A program made the translations under genes and the position numbers. Under the pieces are notes generated by a model, which was not told the origin of the DNA, did not search any database, and worked only from the letters and a program-made list of their open reading frames with translations. From Hormoscilla sp. (GTDB taxonomy: Bacteria > Cyanobacteriota > Cyanobacteriia > Cyanobacteriales > Desertifilaceae): DNA of 64,000 nt. This document shows, piece after piece, positions 38,160 to 46,841 of the stretch; the first letter of the stretch is position 1, and each line of letters starts with the position of its first letter. The stretch covers positions 1 through 64,000 of the forward strand of contig JBFRWI010000174.1 of assembly GCA_051439505.1 (NCBI GenBank), written 5' to 3'.

Positions 38160-40052
38160 CTAACAGACAGACTTTTGAGCGATCGCCCCTTGCATTTTCT
38201 CGACTACATCAGACACCGTTAGCACCCCCAAATCACCACTCTGACGGGTGCGAATACTTAAAGTCTGGGACTCTACTTCTCGCTTGCCCACAACCGCAAC
38301 CACTGGGATCTTCTCCAACTCAGCCGTGCGAATTTGCTTACCCAGGCGCTCGCCACTGGCATCGATCTCTACCCGAAAGCCCCGTTCTTGGAGTTGTTGA
38401 GCAGTTGCTTCAGCATAGGGACGCTGTGCATCGCTGACTGCCAGCAAGCGTATTTGCACGGGCGCTAACCACAGGGGGAAATCACCCGCATAGTTCTCCA
38501 CCAAAATGCCAAAAAAGCGCTCCAAAGACCCAAAAATGGCCCGATGAATCATAATCGGACGCTGGCGCGAGCCATCCGCCGCCACATAGTTCATATCAAA
38601 CCGTTCTGGCAGGTTGAAATCCACCTGAATTGTCGAACATTGCCAGAGCCGCCCAATAGCATCCCGAATTTTTATATCGATTTTGGGACCATAAAATGCG
38701 CCCCCGCCTTCATCGGTCACATAGTCCCAACCCTTAGTATTCAATGCATCCACTAAAGCTTCGGTGGCGAGTTGCCAAATGTCATCCGTTCCCACCGACT
38801 TGGCCGGACGTGTCGAAAGATTTACTTCATACTCAGGAAAACCAAAGTCCGACAAAATTTTCTCCGTCAGATTTAGCACTCCCAAAATTTCCTGTGCCAC
38901 CTGCTCTGGGAGACAAAAGATGTGAGCATCGTCCTGGGTAAAGCCCCGCACCCGCATCAGCCCATGTAACACCCCCGATCGCTCATAACGATACACCGTC
39001 CCCAACTCGGCCCACCGGAGCGGCAGCTCGCGATAGGAATGCAATTGGTTTTGATAGGTCAACACGTGGAACGGGCAATTCATGGGTTTGAGTTGATACT
39101 GTTGCGCCTCAACTTCAATGGCCTCGAACATATTCTCCCGGTAGAAATCGACATGCCCGGAAGTCTTCCACAACTCCAGATTCGCCACATGGGGGGTATA
39201 CAACAGGTCATAACCTGCTGTCAGATGGGCCGAACGCCAGTAATCCTCAATCAGCAACCGCATCCGTGCGCCCTTAGGATGCCAAAACACCAACCCGCCT
39301 CCAGCATCTTCTTGAATGCTGAACAAATCCAACTCTTGCCCCAGCTTCCGATGATCCCGGCGCTTGGCTTCTTCTTTCTGCTCTAGATAGGCTTGCAGTT
39401 GGTCGGGTGTTTCCCAGGCCGTGCCATAGATCCGCTGCAACTGGGGCTTGGTCTCGTCCCCGCGCCAGTAGGCTCCCGCCACACTTGAGAGCGCAAATGC
39501 ATCGGGGTGAATATCTCCGGTAAAGTTCAGGTGTGGTCCAGCACAGAGATCCCACCACACTTCTGTGGGTGGCACAGTGATTGGATCGATCAAGGATGGT
39601 TCAATCTCTGGATGGGAGGCAACCCCCCCATCAGGAGAGCCAATGAAGTAGCGGGTAATGGGTTCATCGGCAGGAATGCTGTCTAGAATTTCTTGCTTGT
39701 AGGGTTCACCGAGCGCGGCAATTTCCGCCCGAATGTCTTCCCGGTCTACGACCTCTCGGACGATGGGTAGGTTGGCGCGAACGATCCGCCCCATCTCTGC
39801 TTCAATTTGCTCTAAGTCTTCAGGGGTGAAGGCGGTAGGGCGATCGAAGTCGTAGTAAAACCCAGTCTCTGTCCAGGGACCGATCGTAACCTTGGTTTCG
39901 GGAAATAAGGTCTGCACCGCCATTGCCAGGATATGGGCACAGGTATGCCGAATCCGCAACAATGTCTGTGGGTCACCCTGAGCAAGCCGAGATTGCTCAG
40001 GGCCTCGCAACGCTGCGCGGTTTTTTTTGGGAGACTGAGTTGAATTCATCAT
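38160..40052 (-). CDS. thrS: Threonine--tRNA ligase, probably the Zur-regulated second copy
   Basis: RHTCAH, DLCAGPH, RDHRKLG, KPMNCP, GAFYGPKID, IHRAIFGSLERF. Confidence 0.97.
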   Translation of the reverse strand: MMNSTQSPKKNRAALRGPEQSRLAQGDPQTLLRIRHTCAHILAMAVQTLFPETKVTIGPWTETGFYYDFDRPTAFTPEDLEQIEAEMGRIVRANLPIVREVVDREDIRAEIAALGEPYKQEILDSIPADEPITRYFIGSPDGGVASHPEIEPSLIDPITVPPTEVWWDLCAGPHLNFTGDIHPDAFALSSVAGAYWRGDETKPQLQRIYGTAWETPDQLQAYLEQKEEAKRRDHRKLGQELDLFSIQEDAGGGLVFWHPKGARMRLLIEDYWRSAHLTAGYDLLYTPHVANLELWKTSGHVDFYRENMFEAIEVEAQQYQLKPMNCPFHVLTYQNQLHSYRELPLRWAELGTVYRYERSGVLHGLMRVRGFTQDDAHIFCLPEQVAQEILGVLNLTEKILSDFGFPEYEVNLSTRPAKSVGTDDIWQLATEALVDALNTKGWDYVTDEGGGAFYGPKIDIKIRDAIGRLWQCSTIQVDFNLPERFDMNYVAADGSRQRPIMIHRAIFGSLERFFGILVENYAGDFPLWLAPVQIRLLAVSDAQRPYAEATAQQLQERGFRVEIDASGERLGKQIRTAELEKIPVVAVVGKREVESQTLSIRTRQSGDLGVLTVSDVVEKMQGAIAQKSVC

Positions 40053-40192
40053 ATGCGTTCAATTTCTCGAATGATTGTCCTTCTCAATTTTACATGGAAT
40101 TTGCCACATTCATGCTGCTGCCACAGTCAAACGCGAGGTTTCGATAAAGTCAGGACTTATAATGTGGGTTGGAAAGGAACTACCCGGAGACA

Positions 40193-41440
40193 ATGAAGAA
40201 GCTCGTTTTTGCAGTTGCAGGGTACAATCTCGCCGAGACTGGCAGGATGATCGAGATCGCCAGGGAAGCGCGGAACCATTTCGATGTCATCTTTGCCAGT
40301 TACGGCGGGAAGTTCGAGGCACTGATAGAAGAGGAAGGCTTCTCGCTCAGAAAGATGGAGCCACGGCTTACGCGGGAGCAACTCGACCGTCTGCGCATTG
40401 TTCTCAGTGGGGAAACGCTGAACACGGTGGGATACCTATCCGTCAAGGATCTGAGATCCCGGATTCCGAATGAGATCGCGTTCTTCAAGGAGACCAGTCC
40501 CGCCGCCGTACTCACAGGCTGGTGCCTGAGCGTCACCATCTCAGCCCGCGCAGCCAAAGTCCCGTTTGTCAACGTCCTTCATTCTACGTCCGTCAGGGAG
40601 TACTACGAGGCCGGACTCCAGTCGTGGCCTGACCGGAGCAACTTCGCTCTTTTCCGGTGGCTGTTCGGAAATGACGAGGCGCGGATGAACCGATGGATAA
40701 GCAATTTGGTTTTGAAACTGGCAACTCCCGCGAAAGCGTACAACACCGTTGGACCAGAATACGGACTATCTAGGTTTAAGAACTTCATCGACCTGATTGA
40801 GGGCGATCGTACGCTACTCGCCGACATCCCCGATTGGGTAGGCTTCCCGGCAGTCCGCCCCTCGCTGCAATATGTCGGCCCCCTGCCCGCCAGGATAGAG
40901 ACATTCATTCCCGAAGAAGTGGCCTCAATGCCTCATGACCAGCCCATCGTGTACTTCGCCATGGGTAGTTCCGGCAAGCCGGGCTTGATTGCAGATATCA
41001 TTGAAGGCTTTAGACATAAGCCCTACTATGTCATTGCCCCGGTGAAATCTAACATAACTGACATGGATTTAGAAATCCCCTCCAATGTAATTGTCACGGA
41101 TTTCTTGCCAGCGCATAAGGTTAACCCTATGGCAGATGTTTCAGTTATTCACGGTGGTCAAAACACGGTCATGAACGCTTGTCTGTCAGGAACGCCAATT
41201 GTAGGCATAGGAATGCATCCAGAACAACAAGCCAACTTGGATGCTTGTGTAAGAAAAGGGTTTGCCATTCGTCTCAATAAAAAAAGAGTCACAGCATCTG
41301 CAGTGCTTGATGCGATCGACAAACTGCTAAACGACGCTAAAGCGAAAGAAGCAGTAACTAAATTTCAACAACAACTTATGGAGTGGGATGGGCCGACGAA
41401 TGCGGCCAAGTTCCTTTGTGACAAATTTGGGAGAGAATAA
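40193..41440 (+). CDS. GT1/MGT-like glycosyltransferase
   Basis: VYFAMGSSG and IHGGQNT..GTP..EQQAN motifs. Confidence 0.85.
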   Translation: MKKLVFAVAGYNLAETGRMIEIAREARNHFDVIFASYGGKFEALIEEEGFSLRKMEPRLTREQLDRLRIVLSGETLNTVGYLSVKDLRSRIPNEIAFFKETSPAAVLTGWCLSVTISARAAKVPFVNVLHSTSVREYYEAGLQSWPDRSNFALFRWLFGNDEARMNRWISNLVLKLATPAKAYNTVGPEYGLSRFKNFIDLIEGDRTLLADIPDWVGFPAVRPSLQYVGPLPARIETFIPEEVASMPHDQPIVYFAMGSSGKPGLIADIIEGFRHKPYYVIAPVKSNITDMDLEIPSNVIVTDFLPAHKVNPMADVSVIHGGQNTVMNACLSGTPIVGIGMHPEQQANLDACVRKGFAIRLNKKRVTASAVLDAIDKLLNDAKAKEAVTKFQQQLMEWDGPTNAAKFLCDKFGRE

Positions 41441-41449
41441 ATAGGAGAA

Positions 41450-41989
41450 ATGATGATAATTCGAGAAGCAACTGATTCGGACTTTGAAGATGTATTTTTA
41501 GTTGAGAAAGAAGCGTTTGGATATGATAAGGAGGCAAATCTCGTGAAGGATCTATTAGCCGATCCGAGTGCAAAGCCTTTTTGTTCATTGCTAGCTTTTG
41601 ATAATGATAGAGCCGTGGGGCATATTTTGTTTACCTCGGCACGTTTAGAGGGCACAAAAACTGATGTATCTATATCTATTTTGGCTCCTTTAGCTATCAT
41701 CCCCGCTTTTCAAAAGCGGGGAATAGGAGGCAAGCTCATAGAGCAAGGCTTACAGCACCTGACAAATGATGGCGTTGACTTAGTTTTCGTTCTCGGACAT
41801 CCAGAATACTATCCTCGTTATGGTTTTAAACCTGCGGGTGTGCAGGGATTTGAAGCTCCTTATCCAATAGCAGAAGTACATGCCAATGCTTGGATGGTTC
41901 AGGAACTACGTCCAGAGGCGATAAACAGCGTTTCTGGTAAAGTAAGATGCGCAGACATGTTAAATAAACCAGAACATTGGCGAGAATAG
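41450..41989 (+). CDS. GNAT acetyltransferase (YhbS-like)
   Basis: LAPLAIIPAFQKRGIGGKLI, VLGHPEYYPRYGF. Confidence 0.9.
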   Translation: MMIIREATDSDFEDVFLVEKEAFGYDKEANLVKDLLADPSAKPFCSLLAFDNDRAVGHILFTSARLEGTKTDVSISILAPLAIIPAFQKRGIGGKLIEQGLQHLTNDGVDLVFVLGHPEYYPRYGFKPAGVQGFEAPYPIAEVHANAWMVQELRPEAINSVSGKVRCADMLNKPEHWRE

Positions 41990-41996
41990 AGGTGAA

Positions 41997-42045
41997 CGCT
42001 AACAAGGTATTACAGTGGACGAGCCGCTGAATAACGTTGTTTGTG
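41997..42045 (+). other. Minimal or degenerate attC after the GT-GNAT pair
   Basis: CGCTAAC-AAGG-TATTaCAGTGG / CCGCTGAATA-ACGTT-GTT. Confidence 0.5.
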
Positions 42046-42085
42046 AAAAGCGATCGTTCTCCCTCTGAGACTGAGCCAGCATTGC

Positions 42086-43531
42086 CTAAGCACGATGCCA
42101 TTCCGTTTTGCCACCGGGACGGTCTATTACGGTGATGCCCGCAGCTTGTAATTCGGCACGAAGGCGATCGCTCTCGGCATAGCGTTTTTCCTGTCGTGCG
42201 GCTCGGCGTTGGTGCAATAACGTTTCTACCCAAGCAATATCAAGATCCAGTGACGAATCCGGTGAGGAAGCTGTGGGTTCTAGCCCAAGGATGCAGGCTA
42301 GTTGTTTTAACGTTTGCCATGTGATGCTAAGTTGCCGATCCGATAAGTCCTGAGTCAATTGATGGGTTCGTAGGTTCATCTCTCGCTGAATCGACTTAGC
42401 CAATTCAAACAGAACCGCCAACGCTGCGGCGGTGTTGAGGTCATCATCCATCGCAGATTGAAACCGTCTGACCGATTCAGCATCCAGCGCATCCACAGTA
42501 TCATGGGACAGCAATTCTGCGGTTAATGCTGCATTTAACGTTTGCCAACCCTTCTCGGCGGCTGCGATCGCCATGGGAGTGAAGTCCAGGGGTTTGCGGT
42601 AGTGAGCCTGCAAAACAAATAGACGAATCGCCATCGGATCGACTGGCTGTGGATAGTCAGACCATTGTCCATCCAGCAAGGCGCGAATCGTGGTGAAATT
42701 TCCCAGGGATTTGGACATTTTCTCCCCCCCCACTGTCACCATACCGTTGTGCAACCAGTAGCGAGCGAGGGGTTGTCCAGTCACCGCTTCCGACTGAGCA
42801 ATCTCATTCTCATGATGGGGAAAAACCAGATCGCCCCCGCCCCCATGAATATCGATGGTTTCGCCTAATCGTGCCCGGATCATCGCCGAGCATTCAATGT
42901 GCCAGCCCGGTCGTCCCATTCCCCAAGGGGATTCCCATGCGGGTTCGTCCGGCTTTGCCGATTTCCACAGGGCAAAATCAAAAGAGTTGCGCTTTTTCCG
43001 GTCTGGATCCTCAGGATCTACTCGCCCCCCTGCCCCCGCTTGCATCTGCTCAAGCCGCCGTCCAGAGAGCTTGCCATACTCCCCAAACTGCCCCACGTTA
43101 TAGTAGACATCACCATCGCTCTCATAGGCGTATCCTTGCTGTTCTAGGGTCTGAATCAGTTGATGAATGGCAGTGATGTGCTCTGTCACGCGGGGATATT
43201 CCTGGGCGTCAAGGATGTTGAGCCGTCGAATATCGCGAAAGTAAGAATCAATGTAGCGATCGCTCACCGCCTGCATCGTCGTCTCTTCTGCCCTAGCGCG
43301 ATTCAGAATCTTGTCGTCAATATCCGTAAAGTTCTGGACATAATGCACCCTGTAGCCCCGCCATTGCAGATAGCGCCGCAGCACATCCCAAACCAGGTAA
43401 GAACGGGCATGACCTAAGTGGCAATCGTCATACACTGTCACACCGCAGCAATACATCATCACCCGATCCGGATTGATGGGCGTGAATGGCTCTTTGTCCC
43501 GCGTCAGGGTGTTGTATAGGATGAGGCTCAT
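42086..43531 (-). CDS. cysS: Cysteine--tRNA ligase, probable second copy
   Basis: CGVTVY..HLGH, GRPGWHIECSAM, FPHHENE, KMSKS. Confidence 0.97.
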   Translation of the reverse strand: MSLILYNTLTRDKEPFTPINPDRVMMYCCGVTVYDDCHLGHARSYLVWDVLRRYLQWRGYRVHYVQNFTDIDDKILNRARAEETTMQAVSDRYIDSYFRDIRRLNILDAQEYPRVTEHITAIHQLIQTLEQQGYAYESDGDVYYNVGQFGEYGKLSGRRLEQMQAGAGGRVDPEDPDRKKRNSFDFALWKSAKPDEPAWESPWGMGRPGWHIECSAMIRARLGETIDIHGGGGDLVFPHHENEIAQSEAVTGQPLARYWLHNGMVTVGGEKMSKSLGNFTTIRALLDGQWSDYPQPVDPMAIRLFVLQAHYRKPLDFTPMAIAAAEKGWQTLNAALTAELLSHDTVDALDAESVRRFQSAMDDDLNTAAALAVLFELAKSIQREMNLRTHQLTQDLSDRQLSITWQTLKQLACILGLEPTASSPDSSLDLDIAWVETLLHQRRAARQEKRYAESDRLRAELQAAGITVIDRPGGKTEWHRA

Positions 43532-43733
43532 AAGCAATTCAAAATTCTTTCTTCAAAATTCAAAATTGGGAAATTCATTGATAGCACGGGTTTCAGCATT
43601 TGGATCCATGCAATTTCAATGGGCGACAGCTTAGGGTCGTGTATAGCAGTTCTCAGATTATTATATTATACGATGTTATAGCAGTTCTCGCCCTTTGTGT
43701 GATATGCTGTCGGAGATGGATACATCTCACGAA

Positions 43734-43948
43734 TAGCCCGCGCAGGCGGGCTTTGTTCATGTAGCCGGGCCCTTTAGGGTTCGGACTACGAGGTCTCCTA
43801 CCAACGGGTTTTGACCATACCCGTGCGACCGTCTCCTTTCAGCACAGGACATGCTGAAAAACTGCAATCAGGCAGGGTGCATCTCTCTTTTATAATCTAG
43901 CCCGCGCAGGCGGGCTTTGTCCATGTAGCCGGGCCCTTTAGGGTTCGG
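43734..43948 (+). repeat. Two 51-bp REP-like direct repeats
   Basis: TAGCCCGCGCAGGCGGGCTTTGT(T/C)CATGTAGCCGGGCCCTTTAGGGTTCGG at 43734 and 43898. Confidence 0.85.
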
Positions 43949-43967
43949 GCCCTTGGAGAAACTGCAA

Positions 43968-45077
43968 TCAGGCAAGGCAATCAGTCAGCTGTTGTCGAAT
44001 CTCATCGGCCTTAAGATGTCGTCCGATAAAAACAAGTTGATTTCGGGGTGGCGATCGCCATTCTTCCCCTTTGATGTCGAAGCGGGGTCCACTCAATTGG
44101 AAGATGTTGCGGAGGTCACTTTCCTCAAACCAGAGAATGCCTTTGGCTCGAAATACATTTTGTGGTAGTTGTTCCTGTAAGAATTGTTCAAACTTTTCGA
44201 CATGGAAGGGGCGATCGCTCTCAAACGCAACAGAAACAAATCCATCATTATCAAGATGGGAGGAGTGGTGATGATGATGCTCATGCTCATGGCCGTGATG
44301 GTCATGGCCGTGATGGTCATGGCCGTGATGCTCATCCCCGTGATGGTCATGGCCGTGATGCTGGTGATCGTCGTGCTCATGAGCATGACGATCGCGATCG
44401 TGCTCCGTTTGCTCGATTTCCTCCTGCACCAAATCAGCGTAGGCTGCGGGGTTATTATAGCACACATCCAAAATGAGTGGTAAAGGTACCTGCCCATGCT
44501 GGCTATGAAGAATCCTGACTCCGGCTTTGATCGTGCCAATATAGGTTTCGAGCTTCTCTAATTGCTCGGGAGAAGCTAAGTCCGTTTTATTCAAAATCGT
44601 AATGTCGGCATAGGTAACTTGTTGAAACGCAGCCTCGCTTTCAAAATGGTCGGGGGTAAAGGCTTCAGCATCCACCATCGTAATAATGGAATCCAGGCGC
44701 GTCAGTTCCCGCAGCTCCGTGCCTAAAAAGGTCAGGATAATCGGCAGTGGATCGGCAACGCCTGTGGTTTCAATCACCATGTAATCCACGCCATCGTCCC
44801 GTTCCAACACTCGATAAACCGCATCGACTAAGCCATCATTAATGGTGCAGCAAATACAGCCATTGCTGAGTTCCACCATATCTTCATCCATCGATACCAA
44901 AAGCTGACTATCGATGTTAATGTCACCAAATTCGTTCACCAAAACAGCAACTTTCAAATCTTTATTGTTGCTGAGAATATGATTCAAAAGTGTTGTTTTG
45001 CCACTGCCCAGAAACCCGGTAATGATGGTGACGGGCATTCCCCGTTTGATGGTCAAGTCTGCTGTTGAAAATGTCAT
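43968..45077 (-). CDS. COG0523/CobW-family G3E GTPase metallochaperone
   Basis: GFLGSGKTT, GCICC, ETTG, NKTD motifs and a His-rich insert. Confidence 0.95.
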   Translation of the reverse strand: MTFSTADLTIKRGMPVTIITGFLGSGKTTLLNHILSNNKDLKVAVLVNEFGDINIDSQLLVSMDEDMVELSNGCICCTINDGLVDAVYRVLERDDGVDYMVIETTGVADPLPIILTFLGTELRELTRLDSIITMVDAEAFTPDHFESEAAFQQVTYADITILNKTDLASPEQLEKLETYIGTIKAGVRILHSQHGQVPLPLILDVCYNNPAAYADLVQEEIEQTEHDRDRHAHEHDDHQHHGHDHHGDEHHGHDHHGHDHHGHEHEHHHHHSSHLDNDGFVSVAFESDRPFHVEKFEQFLQEQLPQNVFRAKGILWFEESDLRNIFQLSGPRFDIKGEEWRSPPRNQLVFIGRHLKADEIRQQLTDCLA

Positions 45078-45169
45078 ATAAAATACCTCGAATCAGTAGA
45101 GTAAGCAGGAAATGTAATCGAGCGCATGAAAGCCAAAGTGGCGCGATCGCAACCAGGGTACCGACAATA

Positions 45170-45982
45170 CTAACGTTGACAGACGTGATTAGGGTCATCG
45201 GCTCGCTCGGCAAATTCCATTCCCCTTGCCAAACGCCAGGCAAAAATAGCTGGCAGTCCCCGCTCGACGATCGCTGCACAGGTGCTCTGGTAGTCGTAGG
45301 AGACTTCCCGTAAGTTCACCTGAGCCGTGTCTGTGTCATAGAGGACATAAGTGGCATTGGGGCGACCATGCCGGGGTTCCCCCACCGAGCCAGCGTTCAC
45401 AATTTGCTTCACGGGTGTCTTGAACTGAGTTTGGGACCCCTCTTTACCCGGTTGCTGAACCCTGACAGTCAAGGTTCCATCTTCCAGGCTCCGCACGTAG
45501 GGAACATGGGTGTGACCGCAGAATAGAACTTCGGCATTAGCGGATAAGACTCGCTCCAATGCCGCAAAGCCATCCATGCTCGGCAGCAGGTATTCGTGTT
45601 GGCTATTGGGACTGCCATGGACAAAGCAAAGATTATCCAGTCGCAGGGTCATGGGGAGGGTTGCCAGATACTCACGCACCTCTGGATGAATGACGTTGTT
45701 TGTCCATTCATGAGCCAGTCGTCCTCGATGCTCCGCGAGCTGAGAAGGGTAACTGCATTCGCAGGAATTCAAACCTTCGACAATATCTTCATCCCAGCAG
45801 CCCTGACAGGTGGGAATATCGAGGGAGCGAATCAGTTCAACGACGGCATTGGGATAGGGACCATAACCGACTAGATCCCCCAGGCAATAAATCTGGTCTG
45901 CCTTGTGAGCGTCGATATCAGATAACACTGCATTCAACGCTTCATAGTTGCCATGAATGCAGGAAATGACGGCGATTTTCAT
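45170..45982 (-). CDS. Metallophosphoesterase with Cys-substituted motifs
   Basis: SCIHGN, GDLVG, GCWDE, HGS, GHTH, NAGSVG. Confidence 0.9.
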   Translation of the reverse strand: MKIAVISCIHGNYEALNAVLSDIDAHKADQIYCLGDLVGYGPYPNAVVELIRSLDIPTCQGCWDEDIVEGLNSCECSYPSQLAEHRGRLAHEWTNNVIHPEVREYLATLPMTLRLDNLCFVHGSPNSQHEYLLPSMDGFAALERVLSANAEVLFCGHTHVPYVRSLEDGTLTVRVQQPGKEGSQTQFKTPVKQIVNAGSVGEPRHGRPNATYVLYDTDTAQVNLREVSYDYQSTCAAIVERGLPAIFAWRLARGMEFAERADDPNHVCQR

Positions 45983-46767
45983 GTCAGGATACTCTCCTCT
46001 TGGTTAGTTTCACTCTGAATTAGGGCTTTGTACTGTTCCTGATAGTGGGCGATCGCCTCATCGGATAAACACCCAGCCAGTAAGGTTTGGGCAATGGTTT
46101 TCTGCTCCAGGTTCCAGCCCACAACCTCAATACCACTGAAGCGATCGGGACGGCCCTCTAGCCAGGGAGGGATACCCAATTCGGTGTATTCAATTCCGGA
46201 CAAGCCTTCGACAAAATCAACATGGAAGGCTCGACCATCCGGTAGTTCAAAAATACCCTTGACTCGCTGTACCTGTCCGTAGGCTCCCTCCGTCAGTTCA
46301 ATCAAAATCTCATCCAAACTGGGGGCATCGAAGACCTGTCCTGTCAAAGGCGATCGCCAAAACTCTGGTAAGTTATCGGGAGTAGGCATGGTGATGTCAT
46401 TGCCGTAAATCACCTCGTCGGCCCAGTCATGCCATTCCGATGCTGGCAGACCCTCGGGTAGGACGGCGACCCGATGGCAGGGCAGGGACGGGAGTAATGG
46501 CGCGGTCAAATCCAGGTGAAAGCCCAATTCCAGATAGACCAAGGCCCGGTCTGGCAGGTCGGCGAAGATCTGTGGAATCTGATACTCGGGAAGCAAATGC
46601 ACCCAGGGAAAGCGATACGCAATCCGTGCTCGATCCACGGAATCTGCTCCCATCCCCGGACAGCAGTAATACAGAGGACGGTTCTGGTCGCTGAGGAACT
46701 GACCGATCCAGGTGGTTTTGCCACTACCGGGGGGCCCTGCGATCGCAATCAACGTCATGGAGTCCAT
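45979..46767 (-). CDS. Divergent G3E/CobW-like P-loop protein
   Basis: GPPGSGKTT; CobW-C-like YGQVQRVKGIF. Confidence 0.75.
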   Translation of the reverse strand: MDSMTLIAIAGPPGSGKTTWIGQFLSDQNRPLYYCCPGMGADSVDRARIAYRFPWVHLLPEYQIPQIFADLPDRALVYLELGFHLDLTAPLLPSLPCHRVAVLPEGLPASEWHDWADEVIYGNDITMPTPDNLPEFWRSPLTGQVFDAPSLDEILIELTEGAYGQVQRVKGIFELPDGRAFHVDFVEGLSGIEYTELGIPPWLEGRPDRFSGIEVVGWNLEQKTIAQTLLAGCLSDEAIAHYQEQYKALIQSETNQEESILT

Positions 46768-46796
46768 TCAGGCTTGCCTTATTACCTAAAAAATAA

Positions 46797-46811
46797 TGAT
46801 AATCATTATCA
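46797..46811. promoter_or_regulatory. Perfect Zur box in a divergent promoter
   Basis: TGATAATCATTATCA equals the cyanobacterial Zur consensus TGATAATNATTATCA. Confidence 0.8.
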
Positions 46812-46841
46812 TATCATAGATGAATTGAACGAGACTGGAAA

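Noticed and set aside
44093..44539. Met/Val- and Thr-rich ORFs
   Set aside because: They are alternative frames of the His-rich repeat in the COG0523 gene.
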